From Chiloscyllium plagiosum (taxonomy: Eukaryota): a stretch of 62,908 bases of DNA. The notes under the pieces were generated by a model. That model made no database searches, was not told the DNA's origin, and saw only the letters and a list, made by a program, of their open reading frames with translations. Made by a program: the position numbers and the translations under genes. Shown here one piece after another: positions 35,641-47,506 of the stretch. Where the stretch lies: NCBI RefSeq assembly GCF_004010195.1, contig NC_057751.1:6704863-6767770 (forward strand). Reading direction: 5' to 3'. The stretch's first letter is position 1. Every line of letters starts with the position of its first letter.

Positions 35641-37559
35641 AACAGTGTCTATGCCAGTAACTATATGATCCTCAATTACGACAGCATTTCCTTTTCTCTC
35701 CCCTCACTTGAATGGCTTCCTACACCATGGTGCTGCATAATAAAGGGGACATTCAGAGAGGGCATTTCAGCAAGTGGGTGCCAGTTTAGTCACTGCAGCT
35801 ACTTCAGAAGATCCGAAAGCTACCAGCACACGACTGTGTGCAATTATGGGGTTGGGTGTGCAACTCTACCTGGAGTCCTTTGCTTGTATCTCCAGCTTGT
35901 AAGACAGACCTTGGTGGCAGTGCCAGGGACCTGGATATTATATTCACCCACTGATGCTGGTGCATGGCAGTTGAAATGCTGCCACACAACCCCGATTCAC
36001 TGAAAATTGAAAAATCCCAGTTAGTCGTCTTAATCTCTCGATAACAAGGCCATTTGTTAGGATCTCCATGAGAGCATTCAGATAAGAAATTGGACTGTCA
36101 GTTAATGGCTAATAGGATGACACAGCAAGATTGCCCATTTCAAGACTTCTGCTATCCCAAACCAAAACTAAAAACATTATTAGCCAAACACTACTTTTCT
36201 CGGCAGCTGAGAGCCAAACTCCCCACTTGACTTTGAACAGAGCTGAAAAATAAATAACTTCACTGGTAGACTTGACACTGTCCTTCAAGGAGACAGTCAA
36301 CTCTTACAAACCTAGTCAGAAGTAACCCTCAGCTCCTAAAGATTTACTTCCATGATTTACCTTTCTCAGCCCAGAACGTTTGAATCCCAGAATTGTCCTT
36401 CATGACAGAGGGCTTTCCTGGAGAATTTCTACATCCCCACCCCTGAAGCTTAAGCTCAGCAAATCTTCCAATCTCATCTAAACCCTGATTAATTTTGGCT
36501 ATTTGACCTGAGTGCAAGCTCTCATCTGTATCCATTTGCAGTTAAAACCAGAGAGACTTTCAGAGTCAAGATGCACGTCCTCCCAGACCCTAGTTGGTTA
36601 GACACTCAGTTTCCAGGATATCTGAAAAACCTTGTAGTCTCAAAGTCTTTGCAATATAAATCACTTCAACTGCGTGTCCAGATAGAAATGAGGATCCTTT
36701 AAAACCTACCTCTTTTACCCTGGAAGTCAAATTCACAGTTTGCAGAAGAAGTGGTGACATCTTGACAGGGTCAACACATTCCTGGGAAGTTGGAGACAAG
36801 CATTTCCATCCACTGAAAACGGTTGCTGCTTCTATTATTTTTGCTTCTTTCTTTCACAGGATGCAGACATTGGTCGCCGTCCTTAATTGTTCCTGGAAAT
36901 GCTGGGCCATTTCCAAGATCAGTTAACAGCCATCAGTCTCCAAGGGAGGATTTGAGCCCTTGCCCCTACACATAAGCCTCTGCTACTGGATTATGGCCAG
37001 TGGCAGAACTACAGTGCTACCATCTGCTTGTACCTTCTTCACAAATAAACACCTGGGCCTTGAAACTTGCAGAATCATGTCACTCAAAGTTACACCTGCA
37101 GAATATCAAAATGGTCCCATTGCTTCCCCCTTCATTTTGCTCCAAATTTTAAAAAGTCCTCAACACACATATATGTATATGTTACATATTATGTATATAA
37201 CAACATGCATTTACACTGATACAATTTCAACATGACTTTTGTTTTCCATTTTATTAAATTGTATTCTAATGTTAGATTTTCAAAATGCATTAAGTTCTTG
37301 CAGTGTGTTGGCAGGGTCATGACAGGTCTATAGCCGCCCCCCCCCCATGCTGCAGTCATTCTTAAATTCCATTTTGCAGGTTACCAGTAATTCCTGTTAA
37401 AGTAAGAATAAATAAAATGAAAGTCGAATCTGCAGTTGTCATTGTTTGACAACGTTTAGTTCTGTTCCTGAAACATGCGATGATGCTGTCACTTTGAAAA
37501 AGGTCTTTTGTCCTTGGTTTTGTTTTGAAGAGAGGCCTAAAGATAGAGGTACCAAAAAG

Positions 37560-37763
37560 GTAAAAACAATGACTGCAGATGCTGGAAACCAGATTCTGGA
37601 TTAGTGGTGCTGGAAGAGCACAGCAGTTCAGGCAGCATCCGAGGAGCAGTAAAATCGACGTTTCGGGCAAAAGCCCTTCATCAGGAATGAATGCCCGAAA
37701 TGTCGATTTTACTGCTCCTCGGATGCTGCCTGAACTGCTGTGCTCTTCCAGCACCACTAATCC
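37560..37763 (-). mobile_element. Fold-back PLE-terminus insertion (family B), young
   Basis: Arms about 37595-37669 / 37692-37766 with a single mismatch; perfect 15-bp TSD AGAGGTACCAAAAAG at 37545-37559 and 37764-37778. Confidence 0.95.
37651..37688 (-). ncRNA. Minimal hammerhead ribozyme motif, core intact
   Basis: Minus strand CATTC-CTGATGA-AGGGCTTTTGCCC-GAAAC-GTC-GATTTT. Confidence 0.8.
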
Positions 37764-39339
37764 AGAGGTACCAAAAAGTCTGCTATACCAATGGAAAGGG
37801 AGTAGTCACTTCTCCCAGTTCAGATTTTTTTTTTTAGTTTGTTTTAGTCGTAGCAGTCACAAGATGTGAGAGTCCAGGGGTGTTGCAAGCTTCAGTAAAG
37901 AATTCCTCTGACTTTCTTCTGAGATCTCTCTCTGGATGCTGCACCCTTCTGACCATAAGAATCTGTGTTTGAATTTACCTTTTTGCCAATGGGTGTATTT
38001 ATGGCAGTTGAAAGTTACTGCATTAGAATGGTTAATTAATAATAGTTACTGTATCAGGTCAGTTAAGATTTCCAATAGTTCAGTTATGCCAAATTTCCCT
38101 TTCTTTTGTTTGTGTTTCAACTGTAGTATTTTGCTTAAAGCGGAATGGTTTGACCAGATGTATCACACCTGGAACAGCCACTTCACATCTGTCTTCAAAA
38201 TAAGAAAAGTTAGGGTCTAGGCTACCTTCTTAAAATATTTTGAGGGTGTCTGGCTTGGTCCATAACAAATGCACTTAGTCCACTTAACACCACAACCCAC
38301 CGCTGGAGAGGAGTTCAAAAGGAGGAAGAGAAATGTCTCGTCCTACGCCAAACCAGGAAGCAAGTTACAACAGAGACCTGAATTTAATCTGCACCTGGAA
38401 GGACAGATCTTCAGGATGCCCACTTGTGACTCAGTTGCCCAGCTGTATATTTGGTGCACTTTGTGGAAAAAGATCAAGGAACAAACTGCTGCTCCCCAGA
38501 TGACCTGTTCTTGTGTCTTCAGGATTGGAAAGTTCATTGGACTTGGACATTTGAACTTTTCTTACCTTGTCAAAGAGATGCACCTGGTGTGCCACCGACC
38601 CGCACTCCAACCTTCTCTTCACCTCTACAGCTTTTAAAATCAGTAATCAGTAATTGCTTGCTGAAATGCCTCCTGTCATGTTGATGGATGTGAATACTGA
38701 AAAAAACAGACGCCTGTTGGAGTGCTTATTGTTGAAAACCCCTGGCTCTGCTGAAACTTTATTATCAAGGCAATGAAGTGTTTATCTCCCAGTACCAGTA
38801 GCAGAAGTGACACAGAGAAACTGAACTTATTTCATTGTATTTCATGTCATGGGTGGGTGTTAAATTCAATCTGCCAATTGAAGAAGTGTTTATCAGATTT
38901 CTATCACAACGCTAAAGTTAAACCAAGAATTACATCAGCATTCAAATCTCATAAACCAAATGATAGAGTTCCAAATACAGTTAGGTTGCTTCCTTATCTC
39001 TTGCTTCTCTGTTGTATGCATTTTAAAATCTGCAGTTCCCAGTGCTCCAGAATCAGCGCTGTGTATAGATACAGATCTGCAAAGTGTGCTTGGAATCAAA
39101 ATGCTTCACATCCTCCACATGCTGTAAACTTTAGTGGAAGCCGGGCATTGTGAAGTGGTTCTGGCTAAAGATTCCAACATTTTGCAGCTAGAAATGTGGA
39201 GTAGGGAGTCAGGTGATTGTCAGTTTGCAAACCCGAATGTATAATTAAGTTTGGTAGCATTGTGGTTGTGAGAACTGAAGGCTACTTGACATTATGGCCA
39301 GTGAAACCATGACACCCCATTACATTACACATAGATCTG

Positions 39340-39690
39340 AATTTATATATTGCCTTTCACAATCTAAGGATATCCCACAGTACTTGGTAGTCACTTTACA
39401 GTTTTGAATTGTCACCCTTTTATCATGGAGGAAGTGTGTAAGCCATGTTTGTGCACAGCAAGCTCTCATAAAAAGCTGTGTGATTGTGATCAGATCATTG
39501 ATTTTTTTTTTTAAGTGTTGTTTACTGTCGAAATATTGGTGAGGGTAACTTGCATATTGTCCTCCAAGATAGTTGCCGTTGGGAGCCTCAGCTTTATCTC
39601 TCATCTGATAGATGGCACCTCTGACATGGTGGCGCTTGCTCACCACTGTACAGATTATGCACTCATCTTCACCTTGTGCTCAAGTTCCAG
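39340..39690 (-). mobile_element. Old Deu-domain SINE
   Basis: CCTCAGCTTTATCTCTCATCTGATAGATGGCACCTCTGACA resembles the reverse complement of the Deu core; tail TTTATATATTGCCTTTCAC. Confidence 0.65.
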
Positions 39691-40739
39691 TTTGGAGAAG
39701 CGTCAAGGATTCACGGTCATATTATAAGCAACGATTTTTTTCTGGTGTCCTGAGAAGCTTTCATCCAGTGCCAAAACAACAATTGCTGATTAATAAGCTG
39801 TTCATCTCAGTGCTCAGATTTTGCTGTGCACAAAATGTGTGTCCAACTTGACCACAGAAGTGAGTGCTGTTCAAAGGAGCTGAATTATACATGAATTGTG
39901 TTGAAATGTTTGAGAAACCCATTCAAATAATACGGATGTGCAACAGTTTTCTAAAATGTATGATGTGCAATGTGGAGCCTCATGACCAGGCTGTAATGTG
40001 AGGAGATTTCCAGTAATCTGTATGACAGCCATTTGTATTGCTACCATCCAAGGTAATAGTTCCATTATTCATCAAGATTTAAAAACCTTGATAACAGGAG
40101 AGCCGAACTGAATGGCTCACAGCTACGAGCCACATAAATAACAAGGATCTTGAGTTCATGTGTTGTTGCTTATTTGTCAATCACTGATGCCTGGTTAAAG
40201 TACAATTATATTGTTCTGTTCGACAGAAACATGCCAAACTTTGAACAAAATGTGGAATTCCTCAGTCGACTATCTTAAAACAGAGGTGCTAACCCAGTTC
40301 AAATACACGTTAGAACTTCTACTAGAATAAGCAATGATAAAATTCTCCACAGACATGTTGCAAGTATTTTTCAACTTATGCTATGGACAAATTGCAGTGT
40401 TGTTGTGGACTTATTTTTCCCCAGGGTGCATTGTGAGAGCAGGAAGAAGTTTAAGTCAATAGATCCCGTGGGATAAATTTATTAAGTTGTTCTTTCAGGC
40501 TAATGGATCAAGTGGAATAGTTGGGGCATGTGTCAGAGGTGAGCAGGGAGAGATCGCTATGGCATTGCAGCTTGCAATTAATTGATTGCAATTCAATTGC
40601 CTGTTTCACTCCTTTCTTACTTTCTGATTGAAGCCTATTGGGAAAACAATATCAGGTAGACTACAAAATAGATCTTGTATTGTGCCACTAACAAAAAAAC
40701 AACAGGAGGCCTGGCAGTGTCTGTGGTGAGAACTGAGGG

Positions 40740-40880
40740 AAATCTGAAGAAGATTCATTGTGGACTGGATACAAATTCTCCTTTTCATCTCCACAGATAC
40801 TGCCAGATCTGCGCAGTTCTGAAAGTATTTTCTGTGTTTGTTACAGATTTCCAGCATCTGCAGTATTTTGCTTTTATTTG
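40740..40880 (+). mobile_element. Old PLE 3' terminal fragment
   Basis: CTGAAGAAG remnant, CTCCACAGATACTGCCAGATCTG, TTTCCAGCATCTGCAGTATTTTGC. Confidence 0.7.
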
Positions 40881-41307
40881 AGTTGTGTCAGACTGAGACA
40901 ATTTGACTTTGTTTAAAAAAAAGATGGTTTCCTGTTGCCTTCCTCATGTGTGCTTGAAGGAGACACAAATTGTCTTTGTGATGGATTATCCATCTGTCCC
41001 GTGAGACTTGTTTTATAGCATGAGTTTCTCTTCCCATCTGGAGTTGGGAGAAAAACAGTGAATGTGAATCTAAAATGAACATGGCCTCCCTCTTTAGTGG
41101 GGGAGCATCATCGATGAAATGGCCTTCTCTGAATGATTTCTAAGGCTGTTTGTAATTTCTCACACACTTCAACCCCCCCCCCCCCCCCCGCCCCCGATCA
41201 AAACAGTCATCAGCTTCACTTTCTCTTCTGTTGTTTTTGCTCAAGAATGACAATTGCACTTGACTCTGGGTGTGTCACTGAACTTACTAAGTATCTAGTC
41301 CTTCCTG

Positions 41308-41528
41308 TGCTCTGGTTTCCTCCCAGTCCAAAGATGTACAGGTTAGGTGAATTGGCCATGCTAGATTTACCATAGTGTCCTGCGATGTGCAAGCTAGGTG
41401 GGTTAACCATGGGAAATGTAGGGTTGCAGGGTCAGGATGGCAGGGGGTCGAGGTGGGATGCTCATCGAGGGTCGATGCAGACTTGATGGGCTGAATGGCC
41501 TGCTTCCTCACTGTATGGATTCTATGAT
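41308..41528 (+). mobile_element. 5'-truncated HE1-like V-SINE
   Basis: GTGCTCTGGTTTCCTCCCAGTCCAAAGATGTACAGGTTAGG...GGATTCTATGATT. Confidence 0.85.
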
Positions 41529-42954
41529 TACTTAGTTACTTCAGGTCGACAAAAGCCTTGTGTGTTTGGCCTTGACATTGGTGTGAAGTTTGATCATTCA
41601 GGATTCACAACGATCAGAATCTCTTGATGCCTCAGTAAACTAATCCAATGAATCGGCAATCTCAGAAGACATCGACAGCCATTAGAGACATGGTGACACT
41701 TAAAGAGGTCACTTCCCCAATTGTTTCAATGCAAGCCTGTCAGTCAGGCAGTCCAGCCAAGCCACTGAAATTGGCCTCATCGACCTTAACTTTGTAAGAG
41801 AGAGACGTCACCCCGATCTGTCCATTCGTACGTGAATCCTGAATAAGGAAATGGTCAGGCTGCTTGGTCTGGTAACTTCCTAAAATACAATATTCAAGTG
41901 AGCAGATGATGCCTGGAACCCTGTGCCTCTTTCAGAATAGGGCCACACAGAACTGGGGTGGAGGGCACCGAGGAGCTTGCACTCCACATCATCAACACTC
42001 AGTCGAGATGGGAACAAAAATCCTCCACTTGCTGCCATCTAATATAATATCTCATTGTTGAATGTTGACACATTTAACTTCAAGGAACTGAAAATATTGT
42101 GCAACTTCCAAGAATCTTTTGAAGCTACTTTTGTGAAGGCAGTTCTTGACATCCATCGGGATGCTGCATAACATTGTAAACCATTTGACTGTAGCAGCAA
42201 ACATTTGATCTCCAAGATGAATGCAATTATTTGTAGGTATTGTGCAAATAAAAAGACGTTTGGTGTTGGAAAAGCTTTTGACAGCATTTATACATCAGCC
42301 AAATATTAAATGGTTATTTTGTATATCTCCCTGAAAGGTAGGAATGAAAATACTCCCACCTTATCTGCTATTTCCCCTGAGACAGTGCAGACCTCAGAAG
42401 ATGCTAATGTCAGTGCTGAATGTAGTTGAGATTTAACAAATCAAAATTTTCTGAGCCATGCAACTATGTATAGAATTCAGTTATACAGTGAATAACTTCC
42501 TTCTGTCGGAGGTTATTGCCCTTCAGTTACAGAGTTACCTGGCTACCAGTGACTGCTGTGGCATTTGCCACCCAGAAACTAAGTGAGCTAATAAAGAAAT
42601 GACTTTGCTTTCAACACATGTCCAAGTTGGCATTGCACAGTAGAACAAATCGAATAACCAGAATGGAAGTGTCTGTGAGTTAAGTGACCTTGAACAGTTA
42701 AGGTTAATGACCTTCCATTTGTGTAAAAATTATCAGTTGCCTCTATTCCTGAATGTTCGTACTCTCCAAGATCTCTGCACTACTCAACTTCTGACATGTT
42801 GCCCACTCCCAATTTGCATCGTTCCTTCAACTGCCTTGGCCCTAAGCTTCATAATACCCTTCCTAAACCTCTCCACCTCTTTTGCTGACTCCCTTCCCTC
42901 AACATAATCCTGAAATTGCACTTCATGGTCTAAAGCATTTGGTCATTTGACCCA

Positions 42955-44720
42955 TTAGAATCACAATCACAGAGAGGTACAGCACAGAAACAGACCCTTC
43001 TGTCCAACTCATCCATACCGACTATATATCCTAAATTAATCTAGTCCCATATCCCTCAAACTCTTCCTGTTCATGTACCCATCCAGATGTCTTTTAAGTG
43101 TTGTAATTGTACCAGCCTCCTCCACTTCCTCTGGCAGCTCATTCCAAAGACGCACCACTATCTACATGAAAACATTGCCCCTGAGGTCCCTTTTAAATCA
43201 TTCCACTCTGACCTTGAACCTATGCCCTCTAGTTTTGTGCTCCCTACCCTAGGAAAAAAACCTTGGCTATTCATACGCATGAGATTAAAAATGTCTATAA
43301 GGTCACCCCTCAGCATCCAACATTCCAGTCAAAATAGTCCCCATCTATTTAGCCTCTCAGAAAAGCTCAAATCCTCGAACCCTGAGCAATATGCATGTAA
43401 TTGTTTTCTGCATCACTTCACATTTAACAACATCTTTCCTACAGCAGGGAGACGAGAACTGAATGCAATACTCCAGAAGTGGCCTAACCAATGTTCTGCA
43501 CAACCGCACTAATGACATCCCAATTCCTGTACTCAATGCACTGACCAATAAAGGCAAGTATACCAAACACATCCTTCACGATCTTGTCTACCTGTGACTT
43601 CACCTTCAAGGAACTATGAATCTGCACTCCGAAGTCTGTTTGTTCAGCAACACATCCCAGGACCTTACCATTAAATGCCTAAGACCTTCCCCGATTTAGT
43701 TTATCAAAATGCAATACCTCACATTTATCTAAATTAAACTCCATCTGCCACTACTTGTCATAAAGGCCCATCTGATCAAGATCCCATTGTACTCTGAGAT
43801 AACCTTCTTCACTCTCATCACCAATTTTGGTGTTTTAGAGTCATAGAGATGTACAGCATGGAAACAGACCCTTCGGTCCAACCCGTCCATGCCGACCAGA
43901 TATCCCAACCCAATCTAGTCCCACCTGACAGCACCCGGCCCATATCCCTCCAAACCCTTCCTATTCATATATTCATCATCTGCAAACTTACCAACCATAT
44001 CTCCTATATTCACGTCCAAATCATTTGTACAAGTGACGTAAAGCAGTGAACCCACCGCCGGTCCTTGCATCACAGACCTCCAGTCTAAAAAAGAATCCTC
44101 CACTAACATACTGTCTCCGACTTTTAAGCCAACTTTGGAGCCAAATGGCTAGCTCTCCCTGAATTCCATGTGTTCAAACCTTGCTAACCAGTCCACCAAA
44201 CAGAATTTCCTCGAACACCTTGCTGGAGTCTAGATAGACAATGTCCACTGCCTTTATCAATCCTTTTTAGCATTTCTTCAAAAAAGCTCAATCAAGTTAG
44301 TCAGACATGATTTCCCATGCACAAAGCTATGTTGACCATCCCTAATTAGTCTTTGCCTTTCCAAATGCATGCCAATCCTGGCTCTCAGAATCCCTTCCAA
44401 CAAATTCTCCACCCCTGACATCAGGCCCACCGGTCTATAATTCCATGGCTTTTCCTTATCATCTTTGTTAAATAGTGGCATCATGTTAGTCACCCTCCAT
44501 TCTTGCAGCACCTCACTCATGGCTATCGATGATACAAATATCTCATCAAGGGGCCCAGTACCCACTTCCCTTGCTTCCCACAAAGTTCTAGGATACACCT
44601 GATCCGGTCCCAGGGGTTTGTCCACATTTGTGTTTTTAGATGTCCAGCAGCTCCACTTCTGTAATAAGGACACTTTTCAAAGAATCACTAATTATTTCTG
44701 CAAGTTCTAGAACTTACACA
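42955..44720 (-). mobile_element. HER1-like CR1 LINE, RT to 3' end
   Basis: GPDQVYPRTLWE, NYRPVGL, QHSFVHGKSCLTNLIE, KFADD, LVRPLLEYCIQF. Confidence 0.93.
43836..43970 (-). mobile_element. Young HER1 3'-tail insertion inside an older HER1 (same orientation)
   Basis: Near-consensus AGAGTCATAGAGATGTACAGCATGGAAACAGACCCTTCGGTCC; interrupts the host between FADD and TKIG. Confidence 0.88.
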
Positions 44721-44763
44721 TCCTTCCATGACTACATCTAGTGAGGAATGACCCCTTAAAGGT

Positions 44764-44885
44764 ATTCCTGATGAAGGGCTTTTGCCCAAAACGTCGATTT
44801 TACTGCTCCTCTGATGCTGCCTGAACTCTTCCAGCACCACTAATCCAGAATCTGGTTTCCAGCATCTGCAGTCATTGTTTTTACC
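44764..44885 (+). mobile_element. PLE 3' terminus (family B) beginning at the hammerhead 5' edge
   Basis: ATTC-CTGATGA-AGGGCTTTTGCCC-AAAAC-GTC (G12>A), then a tail matching the reverse complement of 37559-37650 with a short deletion. Confidence 0.9.
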
Positions 44886-45099
44886 CTCTTCAACATGTAA
44901 GGGAACCCGGCTGATACATGTTGCACTCAGTCGAGCTTTTTTGTTTTGAAACTCTGTTGATAAAGAACACCTGAGTATCATGGTCCAAAATGTGTGAATG
45001 ATCTTCAAGTCTATGAGTATTCACAACAGGTAATATCTTGGGATCATTCTTTGTCTCTCCACATTTAATGAAGATGAGGACTTCAACAGGCTTGTCAAT

Positions 45100-45390
45100 T
45101 TACTTCAGAGATTGAGAATCTAAGCTCCATTGTGATATTCCAGTGCAGAAACCAGATTTGCACTCCTGTCCACTGCTGAACAGAGCCCTCCTTCAGATGG
45201 AACATTATACTCCAGTCTGAGTGACCACAGTGCAAACTTCTCCCTCAAATCCCACAGGCAAAGCAACTTAACTGGTCATTGTTCTCAGTCCTTTTTGAGA
45301 TCTTGGTTTGGACCAAGTGGCTTGTGAATACTCATACACTTGAAGATCATCTACACATTTGGGAAGTTCCTTAAATATGTGATAAGACCT
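45100..45390 (+). mobile_element. Very old Deu-type SINE remnant
   Basis: GCCCTCCTTCAGATGGAACATTA..CTGGTCATTGTTCTCA..GAGATCTTG; weak similarity only. Confidence 0.35.
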
Positions 45391-45699
45391 TTGTGTGTTC
45401 ACTTAACTCCTGGTTCCTTGTTTGCTGTTCACAGTTCAGACCCATGCTGAAAAAGTTCAGAAATGGCAAAATGTGAAAAGCTAACTTCTATTTCTTGACA
45501 GGCAAAGAATATTGTTGAAATGGCTTTTCAAGTTGAGAATGACACGTGAGACTGGCTGACTCCTCCTCCCCTTCCCCCATCCCCGAGATGTCACAACCTG
45601 TTGGAATATCTATTTCAGACTGCTTAGAATCCTTTTCTGCTTTATTATGCAATTTATTGCTTGGACTTGGAAGTAAATGTTTTTGGCGGTACTTCATTT

Positions 45700-46085
45700 A
45701 GTTAATCATAAACTCAGATTGAGTAATTCACTTGAAACCAAGTCATTACGTGCAAAAATGATGACCAAGTTAATGTCACAACATAATGCAAAGTTTTCTT
45801 CTGCACAGTCGAATTGATTACAAAATTGTAATTAGACAGCAATTATGATGCAGTAATTATAAAATAAACAGACTGGTCTGCATGATGAATACAGTCTGTA
45901 ATTGAACCACTTCATAAATTATATGGAGACTTGCAAAGTATGCCAAAAATGAGAAAATGTGTTTTAACAGTTTCAATTATGAATCTAAGCATGAAAATAA
46001 TTGATTATTTCTTGATTGAGGAACACTGCAAAAACTGGTGCGCATGATGTAAAATGAGGCAATAATAAATAGGAGTCATGCAGAG
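45700..46085. promoter_or_regulatory. Candidate conserved non-coding element
   Basis: No repeat recognised; AT-rich and dense in TAAT/ATTA, TGATTACA, CATAAATTA; short internal palindromes. Conservation not tested. Confidence 0.4.
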
Positions 46086-47506
46086 TTTGTTCTTAATGAC
46101 GGCTACGTCTGTTCTTTGATTGAAATAGTCTCTGGAGTCTTGTTATCAAATGTGTTTTGGATTCTCCCCTCCTGCAGTGCCGTTGGTATCACACCAGCTC
46201 TGTGCATCTGTTCCTTTGGGAAGGCAACATCCTCTGATGGTCTAGCAAGTGTCTTGCAACTAATCCAAGAGTGGGGAGCCATTAGGTACCTAACCTTTGA
46301 TCACTGTTCCATCAGCTGATTTCACTGGAGTACTTTAAATCTGAGAGAAATACTTTCAATTTGCTGATTGGATGTCTAAATGCTGGGACACATCAACCCC
46401 CTTTTGTTGAAACTGCTTCATTTTAATTTCCTTTGGTCCTTGCTTTTGATAGTTAACTTGCTTCACAATAATGTGTTTTGAACAAGCATAAGATACTTGG
46501 AGTATGAAGCACATGACTTAATTGCAACTAGGTGATCAGCTCACTGTTTTCAGAATGAACACGGAAAGACACAAATCAAAACAATCTCTCCATCAGTCTA
46601 CTGAAAACCATTTCTGTGTACCCTCATTTTGCCTGCTGAAAATTCTTTACAAATCTGGGTAATTTTTGGGCTCTGCATAAACACCACTAGCCCAGTATCC
46701 TCCCCTTGTAATGTTACATTTGGGAGCCTACTTCCTCTCATTCAGAGCGAGTCATCAAACTTAACCATTGAAAACTGTCATGAGGAGAATGGACAGATTG
46801 AAACTGATTGTGGAGCAGCCTGAAACTGTAAGTGCCGGGAAGCGATTTACTATGCTCGGGCTGCACAGTGCAAAGTACAAATATGAAATGTTATTTCTTG
46901 GAAAAGCTTGCGAATTTCCCCATGTCATGACTTAACAGAGCAGAGTATGCAGATATCATGACACACTGTCTGCAAGTCATCACAAAATGTATGAATGTTT
47001 AAAATCCTAGTTAGAACACCAAAATGACCAATTTGCCTTATTAACTGTGACCCAATACAAAAGCAGTAGCAAAAACAATAATTTGTCACACATTTAACTT
47101 TATTAAGCAAAGTGAAAAGAAAAAAATCTATGCAATTTTACTTCTATCCCATCAAAACTCAAAACACACGCACATTCATGACTGAGACAATTAGTTTATC
47201 ACATATGCAATGGTTGGAAAATTAATACAGACATTGTGAACAAAACTCAAAAGCTCAAACTCAAGACCACAAGATGCAGAGGTTTTGTCCTTACAGAGTC
47301 CTTTTGATTTTTGCAATGCTGTATGGTAACCGTTCTTCAACTTGTGGGTTGCTCAGTTAAATATCAATCTTTTCTTGTGTAAATTATTTATTTCTTTCAA
47401 GCTGTCTGCTGTTTTGTGTGTTTTTCCCTTAAATGGGGATAGAAGGACAGATGCTGTCAACCAGCAGGCACTGGATCTTCTCCATTCTCTGCTGCTGTTG
47501 GCACTT

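Larger units (their letters stand above)
32441..35730 (-). mobile_element. Near full-length but internally deleted CR1 LINE (ORF1 esterase, ORF2 EN/RT)
   Basis: ORF1 VIVHVGSNDI..LLPEPR..VNAWLKDWC; EN start KVIYLNVRSTRNKVN; QPWLT; SGVPQGSVLEP; KFADETK; EYCVEFCAP; 3' tail at about 32441-32470. Confidence 0.93.
37476..38267 (+). mobile_element. Solo LTR (same family as 10694-13027) with a nested PLE fold-back
   Basis: TG(CGATGATGCTGT)...CATAACA; both ends are homologous to the minus-strand copy; flanks AACA and AATG. Confidence 0.78.

Noticed and set aside
36100..36800. Run of short minus-strand ORFs as a decayed gene or gag
   Set aside because: No motif I can identify and the frames are discontinuous.
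6656..37778. Hairpins as pre-miRNAs, DNA-transposon MITEs, terminators or CRISPR repeats
   Set aside because: The arms are asymmetric, TSD lengths vary, loop junctions differ, and three of the four families match PLE ends in the same window. There is no repeat-spacer array and the sequence is eukaryotic.
41173..41195. Poly-C tract (also the G-run at 12156-12168 and G-rich PLE pLTRs) as functional G-quadruplexes
   Set aside because: Simple homopolymer expansions or repeat-internal sequence, with no independent evidence of function.
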